In this document: in pieces, positions 28,165-37,878 of the stretch
Position numbering within the stretch: the first letter of the stretch is position 1
Layout of the letters: the number at the start of each line of letters is the position of its first letter
DNA from: Pyrinomonadaceae bacterium
GTDB taxonomy: Bacteria; Acidobacteriota; Blastocatellia; Pyrinomonadales; Pyrinomonadaceae
Assembly: GCA_035645855.1 (NCBI GenBank)
Contig: DASQLU010000067.1
Coordinates: 231-64,230, forward strand
DNA: 64,000 nt
Direction: 5' to 3'
Made by a program: the position numbers and the translations under genes
The notes under the pieces: generated by a model
Told to the model about the DNA's origin: nothing
Database searches by the model: none
The model's input: the letters and a program-made list of their open reading frames with translations, nothing else

Positions 28165-31100
28165 ATGGAAAAACCCTCATTCAAGAAAACCTCAGCGGCG
28201 AAGCTGGACGAGCGACTGGAAGAATTCTTCATACGACAACTCGGTTACTCCGCCCCTATCAAAAATGATCCGGACGAGAAGCCGGGCGATCCCCACTACT
28301 GGCGCATGGTCTTTCCCCTGCCTAACTCACGACCGCTCGCCGTGGCTTACCAGGCCAACCTGTCAACGATGAAGCGGCAGGACGTCGCGCGCCTCTACAT
28401 CAATAAGGTGGTGCCGCACCGCGACAGTACGCCGGCCCAGCCAGCCCCGATTCTTTATGTGTTTACGGACGGAGCGCGGTTCGTCTTCTTCAGCGCGGAT
28501 ACGGCGCGTAACCGCGACGACCGCTTCGACCTCTCCGATGAGACCTGGCAGTTCGAGGGCGTACGCGGGAAGGTCGAAGCCTTACGCGTTAGCGGCGAAG
28601 AGACGCCGCTCGCGAGCAGCCGCGACAAGGTGCGGTTCGGCAATCTGATCTTTCAGAAGCGGTTGGGGAAACTGACGCCGCAGGTCGAGTTCCTCTTCGA
28701 TTCTTCGCACCTCTCGGCGGACAACCGCTTCAAGAATTACGTGCGCGACGTGCGCCGCCACTTGATGCAGGAGGTCGTGGCGGACGAGGCGGCGCTCGCG
28801 GCAGTCATCTACCACCTGCTGGAGACGCCGGAGGCGCGCGAGGGCAAAACCGACACCCTCTATGCCGACAAAAGCGTGAACAAGAAGGGGGACGGTTACA
28901 CGCTGAAAAAATCGCTGGACGAGTTGCATCTGGAATTGAAGACGCGGCTCGGCGACGCGGTGGCGGCGGCGGTGGACACGCTCTTGCTGCGCTATGTGAT
29001 GGTGCGCTTCCTCGAAGCATATCACCCGGAGGCGATGGAGGGGCTGCTCGGCTCGAAAGAGATGCTGACGAAGGGCAACCGCAGGCGCAAGAGCGCGATG
29101 TTCGACGGCAAGACCGGGAAGAAGCTCGACGCGACGCTCTACGATGCGGAGGGCGTCCGCACGTCGAAGTTCAGTCAAGAGGAGTTGGAGCTGGCGCAGT
29201 TGTTTTCGCGCTCGCTGACCGTCGACGCTTCCAGGGCGCAGAAATCCAGAACGCGCAAAGCCGAAGCCGCGCAGGGCGACCTGTTCATCATCGAGAACAC
29301 AGCCGTCGTGCTCGAAGAGGAGGAGAAGCGGGAGCGCACGCTGGGGGGCGATTTCTACCTGGCGGATTTGGGCAAGGCGGCGCGGGCAATTGAGGAGACA
29401 CTGCTGAGGCAGAAGGACACGCGCGGCTCGATGCTGTTGCAGGATTTCTTAGGGCGGACGGGCGAGACGGTAGAAGAGACGGGCGCGTCACGCTGGCAGT
29501 TCCGCTACGAGGATTTGAAGCCGAAGACCTTGCAGGACTACTACGAGGATTCGCTCTCGACCGCCGTGCAACTCACCTACAACGCCGACGCCGGCGAGTT
29601 CAGGGTTGAGGTCGGCACGTCGAACCGCCAGCGCAAGGAACTCGGGGCTTACTACACCAATGAGCACCTGTGCCGCTTCATGGTCGAGCGCACGGTGAAG
29701 CCTCTGTTCGACGAGCGGCTTGAGCGGCTGCGTGTGAGCGTGGAGCGAGGCACGGCGCATGAGGCGCGCTCCGCGTTCGATGCGGTGATGAGCTTTTCGG
29801 TGTGCGACCCGACGATGGGGAGCGCGCCCTTTTTGCGTTCGGCGTTCGATTATCTGGTCGAGTCAACGCAATACTTCCAGTTGCACCGCCACGTCGCCGC
29901 GCTGAAGGGGCGGCACGCGGCGCTGTACGAGGAGATCGTCGGGGAGTACGAATTTCTGGGCGCGAAGGGTGGGCGGCTCGATGCGAACGGCATCGGCGGT
30001 TGGGAGTGGCACGTCCTGCGGCGCGCGCTCTACGGCGTGGATATAGACCTCAAGGCGGTGTGCATCGCGTGCCAGACGTTCGCGCTCTCTTCGATGCGTC
30101 ACCTCAAACAGGGCGAGCGGTTTCCCTCTTACTTCAACATCAACCTCAAGCTCGGCAACGCGCTGATTTCGCCCACGCGCCCGGCAGACCGCGCACGGCT
30201 CGCCGCCGAACACGGGGCGGAGATTGCGGAGCTGATACGCCTGCGGCGGCGCGCGCAGAGCTTGCCGAACACGGAAGAGGCGTATGTGGAGCTGGTGGAA
30301 CTGTTCAGAGAGGCTGACCGCGTGCGCCTGCCGATTTTGCGCGGGCTGGTGGAGGAGCACGTCTATCCGGTATTGGAGAATTTCACGGACGAGCTACGCC
30401 CGTTCAGTTGGGAGCTTGAATTTCCCGAAATATTTTTCAACGCGGACGGGACGTTGAAGGCGGCGGCGGCAGGCTTCGACGTAGTCATCGGCAACCCGCC
30501 GTGGGAAGCGATCAAGTTTAACGACAACGAATTTTTGCGCTCGATTAACGCGGGCGACGGCGCGAGCGTCGAAAATTTGAGCAAAGAGAATGAGGCGGTG
30601 GCGGACGCCTACGAGCATTATCGCGCGTTGATTGAGCGTTGGAAGTCCTGGGTCAGCGACGGCGGGCAGTATGAGCGGCAGCAGGGCGGGCGCGACCGCA
30701 ACAAGTGGCGGCTCGCAACGGAAGTCTCTTGGAAGCTGACGCAGCCGCAGGGCGCGTTGAGCCTCGTCGTTCCCGGCGGCATCATCGCAGACGAAGGCGG
30801 CTACGCGCTCAAGCGCTGGATTTTCCCCGAAGGCGAGGCGCACACGTTCATCTCTTTCGAGGAGACTAATAATGTGTTCTCAGGCACGCAAGGTTTCACC
30901 TTGATGGGTTTCCGTAAAGGGCGAGCGACGAAAGAGGTACGACATCTAGAAGGTCTAACTAAAGCTGAACAACTGATGGAGATGGGCTTCGTCCCCGCCG
31001 CGCTATCATTGGCGATCATCGAAAAGATGAGCCCGCTTGCCCTGGCCGTGCCGTCAGTGCGCGATAGCCTTGATAGTTCAATCATCGAAAAAATATATCA

Positions 31101-31836
31101 GCACCCCTTAGTTGTAGATAACACGGCTTCATGGCACGCGCGCGCAGTTTCTTACGACTATCATATGGGTAACGACCGTGAACACTTCGAGCGGGGTGGG
31201 AAAATCCGGTTGCTGGAAGGTAAGAGCGTTAAGGCGTATGAAATCGTCCCTGATAGCCAGATAGAAAAAAGGGTTGCTGCGCGTCGTCAGCATGAAGAGG
31301 ATGGACAATACCGGGTAGGCTGCGGCGCGATTGCGGGTATGTCGCTAGCCCGTCGCATGTTCTGTTCCATCTTACCTCACGGCTACGCGACAGGTGATAG
31401 TATCAACATCTTCCTGATTAATGGAGACAACGCCACACGACTTTTACTTGTTGCTGTGCTTAACAGTTTAGTGGTGGAGTGGCGTGTGAGACAGATTGCT
31501 CGTAATAACAACATCAATAAATTTATGATGGCGCAGCTTCCCGTGCCGCGACCGCCGAGGGCGGATGTTGAGAGAATCGCCGCGCTCGTCGCCGCGCTCG
31601 TCACGGCGGACGCGCGCCTCAAGGATTTGCAGCCGCTCCTGAACGGCACAAAGCCTGCCAGCACCGAAGCCGCGCGCCACGACCTCAAATGTCGCATTGA
31701 TGCGGAAGTGGCATACCTCTTCGGCTTGACCGAGGAGGAACTCGACCGCGTCCTCGACTCCTTCGACAAAGTGCCCGCCGCCACCAAAGACCTCGTGCGC
31801 TCGCACTTCAAAACTTTAGCCGCAGGTAAGGCATGA
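28165..31836 (+). CDS. Large gamma-class N6-adenine DNA methyltransferase (Eco57I / PglX / DrmMI-like)
   Basis: Strong RBS (ggagaaggaag before the ATG). LGAYYTNEHLCRFMVERTV, motif I VCDPTMGSAPFL (29801-29833), motif IV VVIGNPPWEAIKF (30490-30507), and a TaqI-like C-terminal target-recognition region (LLEGKSVKAYEI). The about 480-aa N-terminal region has no recognisable nuclease motif. Confidence 0.85.
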   Translation: MEKPSFKKTSAAKLDERLEEFFIRQLGYSAPIKNDPDEKPGDPHYWRMVFPLPNSRPLAVAYQANLSTMKRQDVARLYINKVVPHRDSTPAQPAPILYVFTDGARFVFFSADTARNRDDRFDLSDETWQFEGVRGKVEALRVSGEETPLASSRDKVRFGNLIFQKRLGKLTPQVEFLFDSSHLSADNRFKNYVRDVRRHLMQEVVADEAALAAVIYHLLETPEAREGKTDTLYADKSVNKKGDGYTLKKSLDELHLELKTRLGDAVAAAVDTLLLRYVMVRFLEAYHPEAMEGLLGSKEMLTKGNRRRKSAMFDGKTGKKLDATLYDAEGVRTSKFSQEELELAQLFSRSLTVDASRAQKSRTRKAEAAQGDLFIIENTAVVLEEEEKRERTLGGDFYLADLGKAARAIEETLLRQKDTRGSMLLQDFLGRTGETVEETGASRWQFRYEDLKPKTLQDYYEDSLSTAVQLTYNADAGEFRVEVGTSNRQRKELGAYYTNEHLCRFMVERTVKPLFDERLERLRVSVERGTAHEARSAFDAVMSFSVCDPTMGSAPFLRSAFDYLVESTQYFQLHRHVAALKGRHAALYEEIVGEYEFLGAKGGRLDANGIGGWEWHVLRRALYGVDIDLKAVCIACQTFALSSMRHLKQGERFPSYFNINLKLGNALISPTRPADRARLAAEHGAEIAELIRLRRRAQSLPNTEEAYVELVELFREADRVRLPILRGLVEEHVYPVLENFTDELRPFSWELEFPEIFFNADGTLKAAAAGFDVVIGNPPWEAIKFNDNEFLRSINAGDGASVENLSKENEAVADAYEHYRALIERWKSWVSDGGQYERQQGGRDRNKWRLATEVSWKLTQPQGALSLVVPGGIIADEGGYALKRWIFPEGEAHTFISFEETNNVFSGTQGFTLMGFRKGRATKEVRHLEGLTKAEQLMEMGFVPAALSLAIIEKMSPLALAVPSVRDSLDSSIIEKIYQHPLVVDNTASWHARAVSYDYHMGNDREHFERGGKIRLLEGKSVKAYEIVPDSQIEKRVAARRQHEEDGQYRVGCGAIAGMSLARRMFCSILPHGYATGDSINIFLINGDNATRLLLVAVLNSLVVEWRVRQIARNNNINKFMMAQLPVPRPPRADVERIAALVAALVTADARLKDLQPLLNGTKPASTEAARHDLKCRIDAEVAYLFGLTEEELDRVLDSFDKVPAATKDLVRSHFKTLAAGKA

Positions 31837-32411
31837 CCGCGCGCACACTCCACGTCCATCTCAGCCGCGAAGCTGCCGCCCGCCTCGACGGCGACAGCAA
31901 TGCCGCCGGGCAGACGCTCCGCGATTGGCTGCTCGATGCCTTCGAGCGACGGATAGAGCCGTGCCTCGCCCACGCCTCGCTCTTCAGCACCTCAATCGAA
32001 GTCGCGCCGGACGTGCCCCTGCTCATTGAAGCCTACACGCGCATCGCCGCCTGCACGCCCGAAGAACTCATCGAAGCGTGGCTCATGGAGCCGCCCGCCG
32101 CCGACGGCGCAGTCAAACGCGCACGCGTCGCAGCCACGCCCGCCGCCGCTCCAACTCTGTCCGGCGAGACGCTAGGCAAAGTCGCGCAAGTCCTCGACAT
32201 GGGTGAGACGCTCCTTGAAGCCTTCGCCGCCGACGCGCGCCGCAAGCTCGGCGGCACGTACCCCGAAGGCGACAAAGCGGCGCAGACCATGTCCGAAATC
32301 TTTCGCGCCCTGCGCGTCACCATCGGCTTGCAACAGCCCGCGTCTCAACCCGCCGCACGAGGCGATGTGGGTGTAACCCCAATTCATATCGAGCCGACTC
32401 CACATGAGTGA
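31833..32411 (+). CDS. Small protein with N-terminal ribbon-helix-helix-like segment
   Basis: The ATG overlaps the methyltransferase stop (ATGA at 31833-31836). TLHVHLSREAAARLDGDSNAAGQTLRDWLLDAFERR fits a strand-helix-helix pattern. The rest is Ala/Pro-rich. Confidence 0.5.
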   Translation: MTARTLHVHLSREAAARLDGDSNAAGQTLRDWLLDAFERRIEPCLAHASLFSTSIEVAPDVPLLIEAYTRIAACTPEELIEAWLMEPPAADGAVKRARVAATPAAAPTLSGETLGKVAQVLDMGETLLEAFAADARRKLGGTYPEGDKAAQTMSEIFRALRVTIGLQQPASQPAARGDVGVTPIHIEPTPHE

Positions 32412-35400
32412 CCGCATCATCCAATTCATCAACGAGGCGCTGCGCCCCGCGCCCGAAGGGATGCAGTTCGAAGTGCTCGAACGTGCGGTCGCGGATAAGC
32501 TCGGTCACCCGGTCGCGCGCGGCTCGCTGCGCAGCCTCCTCGTCCGCAACTCGAACCTATTCGTCGAGGACGCCGGGGGGCGCTGGAGGCTAAGGGTTCA
32601 CGCGGAAACAGTGGAGCCCGAGGACGGCGAGCCCGCCGCCGGTCAGGTCTTACGCAAGCCCCTCACGCGCGGTCGCTTCGTCGTCTTCGACCTGGAGACG
32701 CTCGGGCGGGAGGCAGCCGGCGACGACATAGAGATTATCGAAATCGCCTGCGCCAGGTACGAAGGCGGTCGCCGTGTAGACACCTGGCAAACGTTCGTGC
32801 GTCCGAGCACGAGCATCCCCAAGCTCATCACCGAGCTCACCACTATCACCGACGACGACGTGAGCGACGCGCCCGGTCAGCGCGAAGCCCTCGAAGAATT
32901 CTTCCGCCGCACCGCCAGCTACCCGCTCATCGCGCACAACGGCTTCGCCTTCGACGGCGTCGTGCTCCGTAACGTCGCCACGCGTGTCGGTCTGGAAGTC
33001 CCGGCAGACCTGGTTCTGCTCGACACACTCCCGCTCGCGCGCCTGTTCCTGCAAGGCGCGGGGCAGCGGCATAACAACGAGGCGTTGGCCGAGCACTACG
33101 GAAGTTTTCGCACGGGTGCGCACCGCGCCGACGCCGACGTGGAGATGCTCTGCGGCACGGTCGAAGGTCTCATCGGAGAGACCAACAGGCACCCGGCAGG
33201 GGCTTTAATTTATGAGCTGCTGCGACGCTCCGGCGAGCCTTGGGCTGACCTCCTCGATCCGCCGCAACACTCCTTCGACCTCGAAGCAATCCTCTCCCTC
33301 TTCGGCGGCGCGCAGAAGCCGCTCCTGCCGACGCCTGTTGAGAGGCGCGGGGCGTTGGGCGCCTCCGCTCCCATTCAGGGCGCGGAAGAGGGCAACGTCA
33401 ACGAACTGTTCGAAGAGATGGCTCGCGCCGGGCGCGAGCGGCGCGAGCCGCAGATACGGTTCGCGCAACTCGGCGCCGAAGCCCTGCGCTCGGGACGTTT
33501 CGCCGTGGTGGAGGCGGGCACCGGAACGGGTAAGAGCCTCGGCTACCTCGTGCCCGCCGCGCTGCACGCGCGAGCCGCCGGCATGCCGGTCGTCATCTCG
33601 ACCTATTCGAAAGTGCTTCAGACACAACTCGTCGAGAAGGATGTCACTTACCTCAGCAGTCTCCTGCCGGATTTAACCGCCGCCGTTCTCAAGGGGCGTG
33701 GCAATTATCTCAGCATCCGGCGGCTCCGCGAAGAGATTATAGACGCCGTCGATGAAGACAGGATTTCAAGGGCGCGTGCGTGGACGCTCGGCACGCTAAC
33801 GTCGTTCTCGCTAAGTTCTGAAACAGGCGAGCTGGAATCGGTTTCTTTCGCCGTCGATAATCTTGACGAATACCTGGACTCGCGGGGCGAGGCGTTGCGC
33901 GTGCGCGACAGCGTCAGGGCAAGTGCGGGTGGCGGCGGCGGTCAGCCGGAACGCCCGGCGGGCGGGCGGCTCGACTTCTACGAGGCGGCGCGGGAGAACG
34001 CCAGCCGCGCCGACTTGATAATTTTAAACCACAGCCTGCTGCTCACGCAGGCGGTTATGGCTGGAGACCGACTACCCGAGCTGCTGTCGCCCTTCGTCGT
34101 CTGTGACGAGGCGCACAACCTGGAAGACGCCGCGACCTCCGTGCTCAAAAACGAAGTCACCGAGGTCAGCTTCCGCCGCCTGCTCCGTGCCGTCCACGAC
34201 AAGAGCCGCCGCGCCGGATTGCTGGCGACGGTGCGCAAGGCTGGCGTTGCTGCAAGCGATGAGGCGATGACCTCCGCGCTCGGCGCGCTCGCGGACGTCG
34301 AAACTCATTTCACCAACCTTTCTACACGGCTAAGGTCTTTCGTCGTCGCCAACACCATCCAGTCAAAGGAAGACCTCGCACGCTTCGGGGCGCAGGTCGA
34401 AATCCGTCCCGCCAGCCTGCAAGGGTCTGGGGGAGGAGCCCTGCGCGAATCCGCGCTCGCCCTGCGCGAAGCCCTCTTCCGCCTGCGCCCCGCGCTCGAC
34501 GCGGTTGCGAGACGCACACTCGGCGCGGACGCCGACGCACCGGCGGGCGGCGCGGAAGTCTCACGGCGTCGCTCCGAGCGCGCGATTCGCCTGGCCCGCT
34601 TCATCATCCACGAGCTGACCGAAGTCGAAAAGACGCTCAACTGGTTCTGGACGTTCGCGGAGGCGACCGCCTACGTGCGGGTGATCGGATTGCAACCCGA
34701 GCGCTACGGGGGCACAGCCACGTGGACGCTCGAAGGTTCGCCGATTGACGTGAGCGCGCTTCTCTACGAAAGGCTGTGGTCGCGGCTCGGAGCCGGAGTC
34801 TTCTGCTCGGCGACACTGGCGACATACGGAGATGGGTTCGGCTTCTTCCTGCGTCGAACCGGCGTCGGTCGCCTCGGCGGAGCCCGCCTCATCACCGAAA
34901 TCCTGCCGCACGTATTCGACTACAAGTCCAACGCCCTGCTCGCGCTGCCCGCTCACCTGCCGACGCCCCGCGACGAGGCGCTCAAGGAGTTGTTCCCACA
35001 AGCGATTGCGAACGAGATGCTGCGGTTCATTCCGCACTTTCACGGGCGCACGCTAGGTCTCTTCACCGCGAGGTCTCGCATGCACGCCGTGCACGAGCAG
35101 GTCGAAGCGCCTTTGAGGGAGCAGGGTTATCCCGTGCTCCGCCAGGGCGACGGCGCGCTCGACCGGCTGCGCCAGGAGTTCGAGGGGCACGAAGCGACGA
35201 GCCTCTTCGGCGTGCGCTCGCTGTGGGAGGGTATCGACGTGCCGGGGGCGTCGCTCTCCTTCGTCTTCATGAGCAAGATGCCTTTCCCGTCACTCGGCGA
35301 CCCGCTTGAGGCGGCGCGCAACGCGGCGGTCGAGCGCGCCGGCGGGAACAGCTTTTACGACTACTTCCTGCCGCGCACCATCTTTACCTTCAAGCAGGGG

Positions 35401-37878
35401 TTCGGACGCCTCCTGCGCTCGGAGACGGATCGCGGCGCGGTCATCCTCTTCGACAAGAGGCTGCGCGGGGCGACCTACCGCCCGGATGTACTTCAATCGC
35501 TGCCTGCACCCACCATCTCCTACGACTCTGACGTCGAGATGTACAGGCGCATCTCCGAATGGATGGGGGAGCCTTTCGACGAATCGCTCCTGGCGCCGCT
35601 GCCGCTGCGCGAGATCGATCAACTGCTCGCGGAACACACGCTGGCGAAAGCGATCTATACGGAAGAGGAGTTCGAGGAGGTGGTGCTGCCACACCTCAGG
35701 GCTGTGCTCAAAGGCGTGTGGGGCTTCGACGACTTCCGCCCCGACCAGCTCAACGTCATCCGCCACGTCCTGACCGGGCACGACCTGCTCGCGCTCTACC
35801 CGACCGGCGCCGGCAAGAGTCTGACCTTTCAGCTCCCGGCGCTCATACGTCCCGGTCTCACCCTCGTAATCTCGCCCCTCATCGCCCTCATCCGCGACCA
35901 GGTGCAGAAGCTCAGGCACGAGAACGAGGTCGGCTTCGTTAACTGTCTGGTCAGCGGCATGACGGCGATGGAGCAGGAGGAGGTCTTAAGCGACGCCCGC
36001 TCGAACCGCTTGCGTATCCTGTACGCGTCGCCGGAACGCCTACGCGACCCGAGGTTTCGCGCCTTCCTCGCCGACCTCCCCATCGTTCAGTTGGTCATCG
36101 ATGAGGCGCATTGCATCTCGACGTGGGGGCACGACTTCCGCCCCGATTTTCTGGAGATCACATCGCTCCTCCCGGCAGCCGAGCAGATTCCCATTCAAGC
36201 ACTGACCGCCACCGCGACGACGCCCGTGCGGGCTGAAATTAAGAATGCGTTACGGCTCGGGGACAGGGGGCTTCCGCTCGCAACCCTCGTTGGGGATTTC
36301 CGGCGCGACAACTTAGTTTTCCGCGTCTTCCGACCGCAGTCCGGGGCAGAGCGCGACGCCCTCGCCGTGAGCCTCGCGGCGCAAATCGTCGGCGACGCCG
36401 AGCGGGGAGGCGCCGGAATCATCTACGTCGCCACGAGGCGGGAGGCGGAGCGCATTGCCGGGCTTCTACGGGCGAGGAACATCGCCGCGCAGCCCTATCA
36501 CGCCGGGCTTCCCACGCCCACCCGGCACCACATTCAAGAGCTCTTCATGCAGGGCGAGATACAGGTAGTCGTCGCCACCAACGCCTTCGGCATGGGGGTG
36601 GACAAGCAGGAGATCAGGTTCGTTTTGCACTACGACCACCCGAGTTCGGTCGAGGCATACGTCCAGGAGTCAGGGCGCGCCGGTCGTGACGGGCGCGAGG
36701 CTTACGCCATCCTGCTCTACTCTAAGCGCACGCAAGGCACCCATCGCTTCCTCGCGCGGCAGGGCGTCCCGAGTCCCGATGAAATCGTCGAGGTGGCGCG
36801 GCAAATTCTTAACCCCGCATTCGACGGGGCGCTCAGGCTGACTGATGGCACCGTGCACACATCGATGGAGAGTCTCGTGGAGGAGTTGGGCTTCGAGGAC
36901 ACCAAACTCAGGGTCATCATTCATGCCCTGGAGGGGAGTGAAATCCTCAAGCGGGGTGAGGATTTCGCGCTGGAGGCGACCGTGCTACTCAACCGCCCCT
37001 CTCCGGAAATTGTTCGAGAGCTTTCCGGGGAAGACAAGGCGCTCTTCGAAATTCTCTCGGAGGCGTTTGGGTTCGCCGTCGACACGCGCAGCCACTACAA
37101 CTCCTTGCAATTCGTGCGCGCGACCTCACAATCACCCTCGTCGGTAGACCGCCTGCTTCACCGTCTGGCGCTCAAAGGCGATCTCATTTACCGGAGCTTC
37201 GCACGCGGGAGCAGTTTCGCGCCCGGCGAGCGGGCTTTAGACAGCCGGGCAGTGAGGGACGCCGCCGGCAGGTTTCAAGATCGTCTTGCTCAGTTCACAA
37301 GACGCCTCAAAGACATCATCCGCTACGCCGAACTGGGCTCAGACCGGGGGCACTGTCGCGCCAAATTCCTCGTCGAATACCTGACGGGCGCGGGCGCCTC
37401 TTCGGAGTCTGCCGGTGCGCCAGGAAAGTGCGGGAAGTGCGACCTGTGTGCGCCCGGCTACCCGCTGCCGTGGTCGCAGGCGGCCGTGATCGCGCCCGAG
37501 CCGCTGCAAGTCGAACCGACCATGGCGATACTTGAAATGGTGCGCGACCATGAGACGAGTAGTTCGATTAACACGCTCATCAAGATGTTGCTGGGGGAAG
37601 CCTTCGGCAACGCCGGCGGCGAGCGGTATTCACTCTCCGCCTACGCACGGAACTCCGAGCACTTCGGGGTGCTGCGCGGCAGATCGAGTCACGTAAAACT
37701 TAAAAGCTACTTCGACGCGCTAACGGACGGCGGATACATTGCCGTGGTCGAACGCCAAAGTGCGGGCGGCGGAACTTACAGATCGGTGCGACTGACGGAT
37801 CGCGGGCGGGACGTCTTAGCCGGCGCCGTCCCCGCCCCGGGTAGCGGAGAGCCGATCACGGTGGAGGACGCCACTTGA
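32404..37878 (+). CDS. 1824-aa fusion: HARE-HTH-like N-terminus / DEDDh 3'-5' exonuclease / DinG(XPD)-family helicase / RecQ-family helicase with Zn-finger and C-terminal wHTH-like tail
   Basis: Overlaps the upstream gene by 8 nt.
- Exonuclease: FVVFDLETLG (ExoI), IAHNGFAFDGVVL (ExoII), HRADADVEML (ExoIII).
- DinG: VEAGTGTGKSLGYLVPA, VVCDEAHNLEDA, SLWEGIDVPG, FKQGFGRLLRSETDRGAVILFD.
- RecQ: FRPDQLNVIRHVL, YPTGAGKSLTFQLPA, VIDEAHCISTWGHDFRPDF, ALTATAT, VVATNAFGMGVDKQEIRFVLHYDHPSSVEAYVQESGRAGRDG, GKCGKCDLC. Confidence 0.9.
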   Translation: MSDRIIQFINEALRPAPEGMQFEVLERAVADKLGHPVARGSLRSLLVRNSNLFVEDAGGRWRLRVHAETVEPEDGEPAAGQVLRKPLTRGRFVVFDLETLGREAAGDDIEIIEIACARYEGGRRVDTWQTFVRPSTSIPKLITELTTITDDDVSDAPGQREALEEFFRRTASYPLIAHNGFAFDGVVLRNVATRVGLEVPADLVLLDTLPLARLFLQGAGQRHNNEALAEHYGSFRTGAHRADADVEMLCGTVEGLIGETNRHPAGALIYELLRRSGEPWADLLDPPQHSFDLEAILSLFGGAQKPLLPTPVERRGALGASAPIQGAEEGNVNELFEEMARAGRERREPQIRFAQLGAEALRSGRFAVVEAGTGTGKSLGYLVPAALHARAAGMPVVISTYSKVLQTQLVEKDVTYLSSLLPDLTAAVLKGRGNYLSIRRLREEIIDAVDEDRISRARAWTLGTLTSFSLSSETGELESVSFAVDNLDEYLDSRGEALRVRDSVRASAGGGGGQPERPAGGRLDFYEAARENASRADLIILNHSLLLTQAVMAGDRLPELLSPFVVCDEAHNLEDAATSVLKNEVTEVSFRRLLRAVHDKSRRAGLLATVRKAGVAASDEAMTSALGALADVETHFTNLSTRLRSFVVANTIQSKEDLARFGAQVEIRPASLQGSGGGALRESALALREALFRLRPALDAVARRTLGADADAPAGGAEVSRRRSERAIRLARFIIHELTEVEKTLNWFWTFAEATAYVRVIGLQPERYGGTATWTLEGSPIDVSALLYERLWSRLGAGVFCSATLATYGDGFGFFLRRTGVGRLGGARLITEILPHVFDYKSNALLALPAHLPTPRDEALKELFPQAIANEMLRFIPHFHGRTLGLFTARSRMHAVHEQVEAPLREQGYPVLRQGDGALDRLRQEFEGHEATSLFGVRSLWEGIDVPGASLSFVFMSKMPFPSLGDPLEAARNAAVERAGGNSFYDYFLPRTIFTFKQGFGRLLRSETDRGAVILFDKRLRGATYRPDVLQSLPAPTISYDSDVEMYRRISEWMGEPFDESLLAPLPLREIDQLLAEHTLAKAIYTEEEFEEVVLPHLRAVLKGVWGFDDFRPDQLNVIRHVLTGHDLLALYPTGAGKSLTFQLPALIRPGLTLVISPLIALIRDQVQKLRHENEVGFVNCLVSGMTAMEQEEVLSDARSNRLRILYASPERLRDPRFRAFLADLPIVQLVIDEAHCISTWGHDFRPDFLEITSLLPAAEQIPIQALTATATTPVRAEIKNALRLGDRGLPLATLVGDFRRDNLVFRVFRPQSGAERDALAVSLAAQIVGDAERGGAGIIYVATRREAERIAGLLRARNIAAQPYHAGLPTPTRHHIQELFMQGEIQVVVATNAFGMGVDKQEIRFVLHYDHPSSVEAYVQESGRAGRDGREAYAILLYSKRTQGTHRFLARQGVPSPDEIVEVARQILNPAFDGALRLTDGTVHTSMESLVEELGFEDTKLRVIIHALEGSEILKRGEDFALEATVLLNRPSPEIVRELSGEDKALFEILSEAFGFAVDTRSHYNSLQFVRATSQSPSSVDRLLHRLALKGDLIYRSFARGSSFAPGERALDSRAVRDAAGRFQDRLAQFTRRLKDIIRYAELGSDRGHCRAKFLVEYLTGAGASSESAGAPGKCGKCDLCAPGYPLPWSQAAVIAPEPLQVEPTMAILEMVRDHETSSSINTLIKMLLGEAFGNAGGERYSLSAYARNSEHFGVLRGRSSHVKLKSYFDALTDGGYIAVVERQSAGGGTYRSVRLTDRGRDVLAGAVPAPGSGEPITVEDAT
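32665..33200 (+). other. DnaQ-like DEDDh exonuclease domain of the 1824-aa protein
   Basis: DLET at about 32689, HNGFAFD at about 32935, H-x4-D (HRADAD) at 33121-33144. Confidence 0.8.
33400..35500 (+). other. DinG/XPD-family superfamily-2 helicase domain lacking the Fe-S cluster cysteines
   Basis: Walker A at 33508-33540, DEAH at 34099-34119, motif VI-like at 35390-35420. There is no Cys between Walker A and DEAH other than the one in VVCDEAH. Confidence 0.75.
35700..37460 (+). other. RecQ-family helicase domain with distal Zn-binding cysteines
   Basis: Motif 0/I at 35725-35824, DEAH at 36095-36118, motif VI at 36664-36693, CGKCDLC at 37429-37452. Confidence 0.8.
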
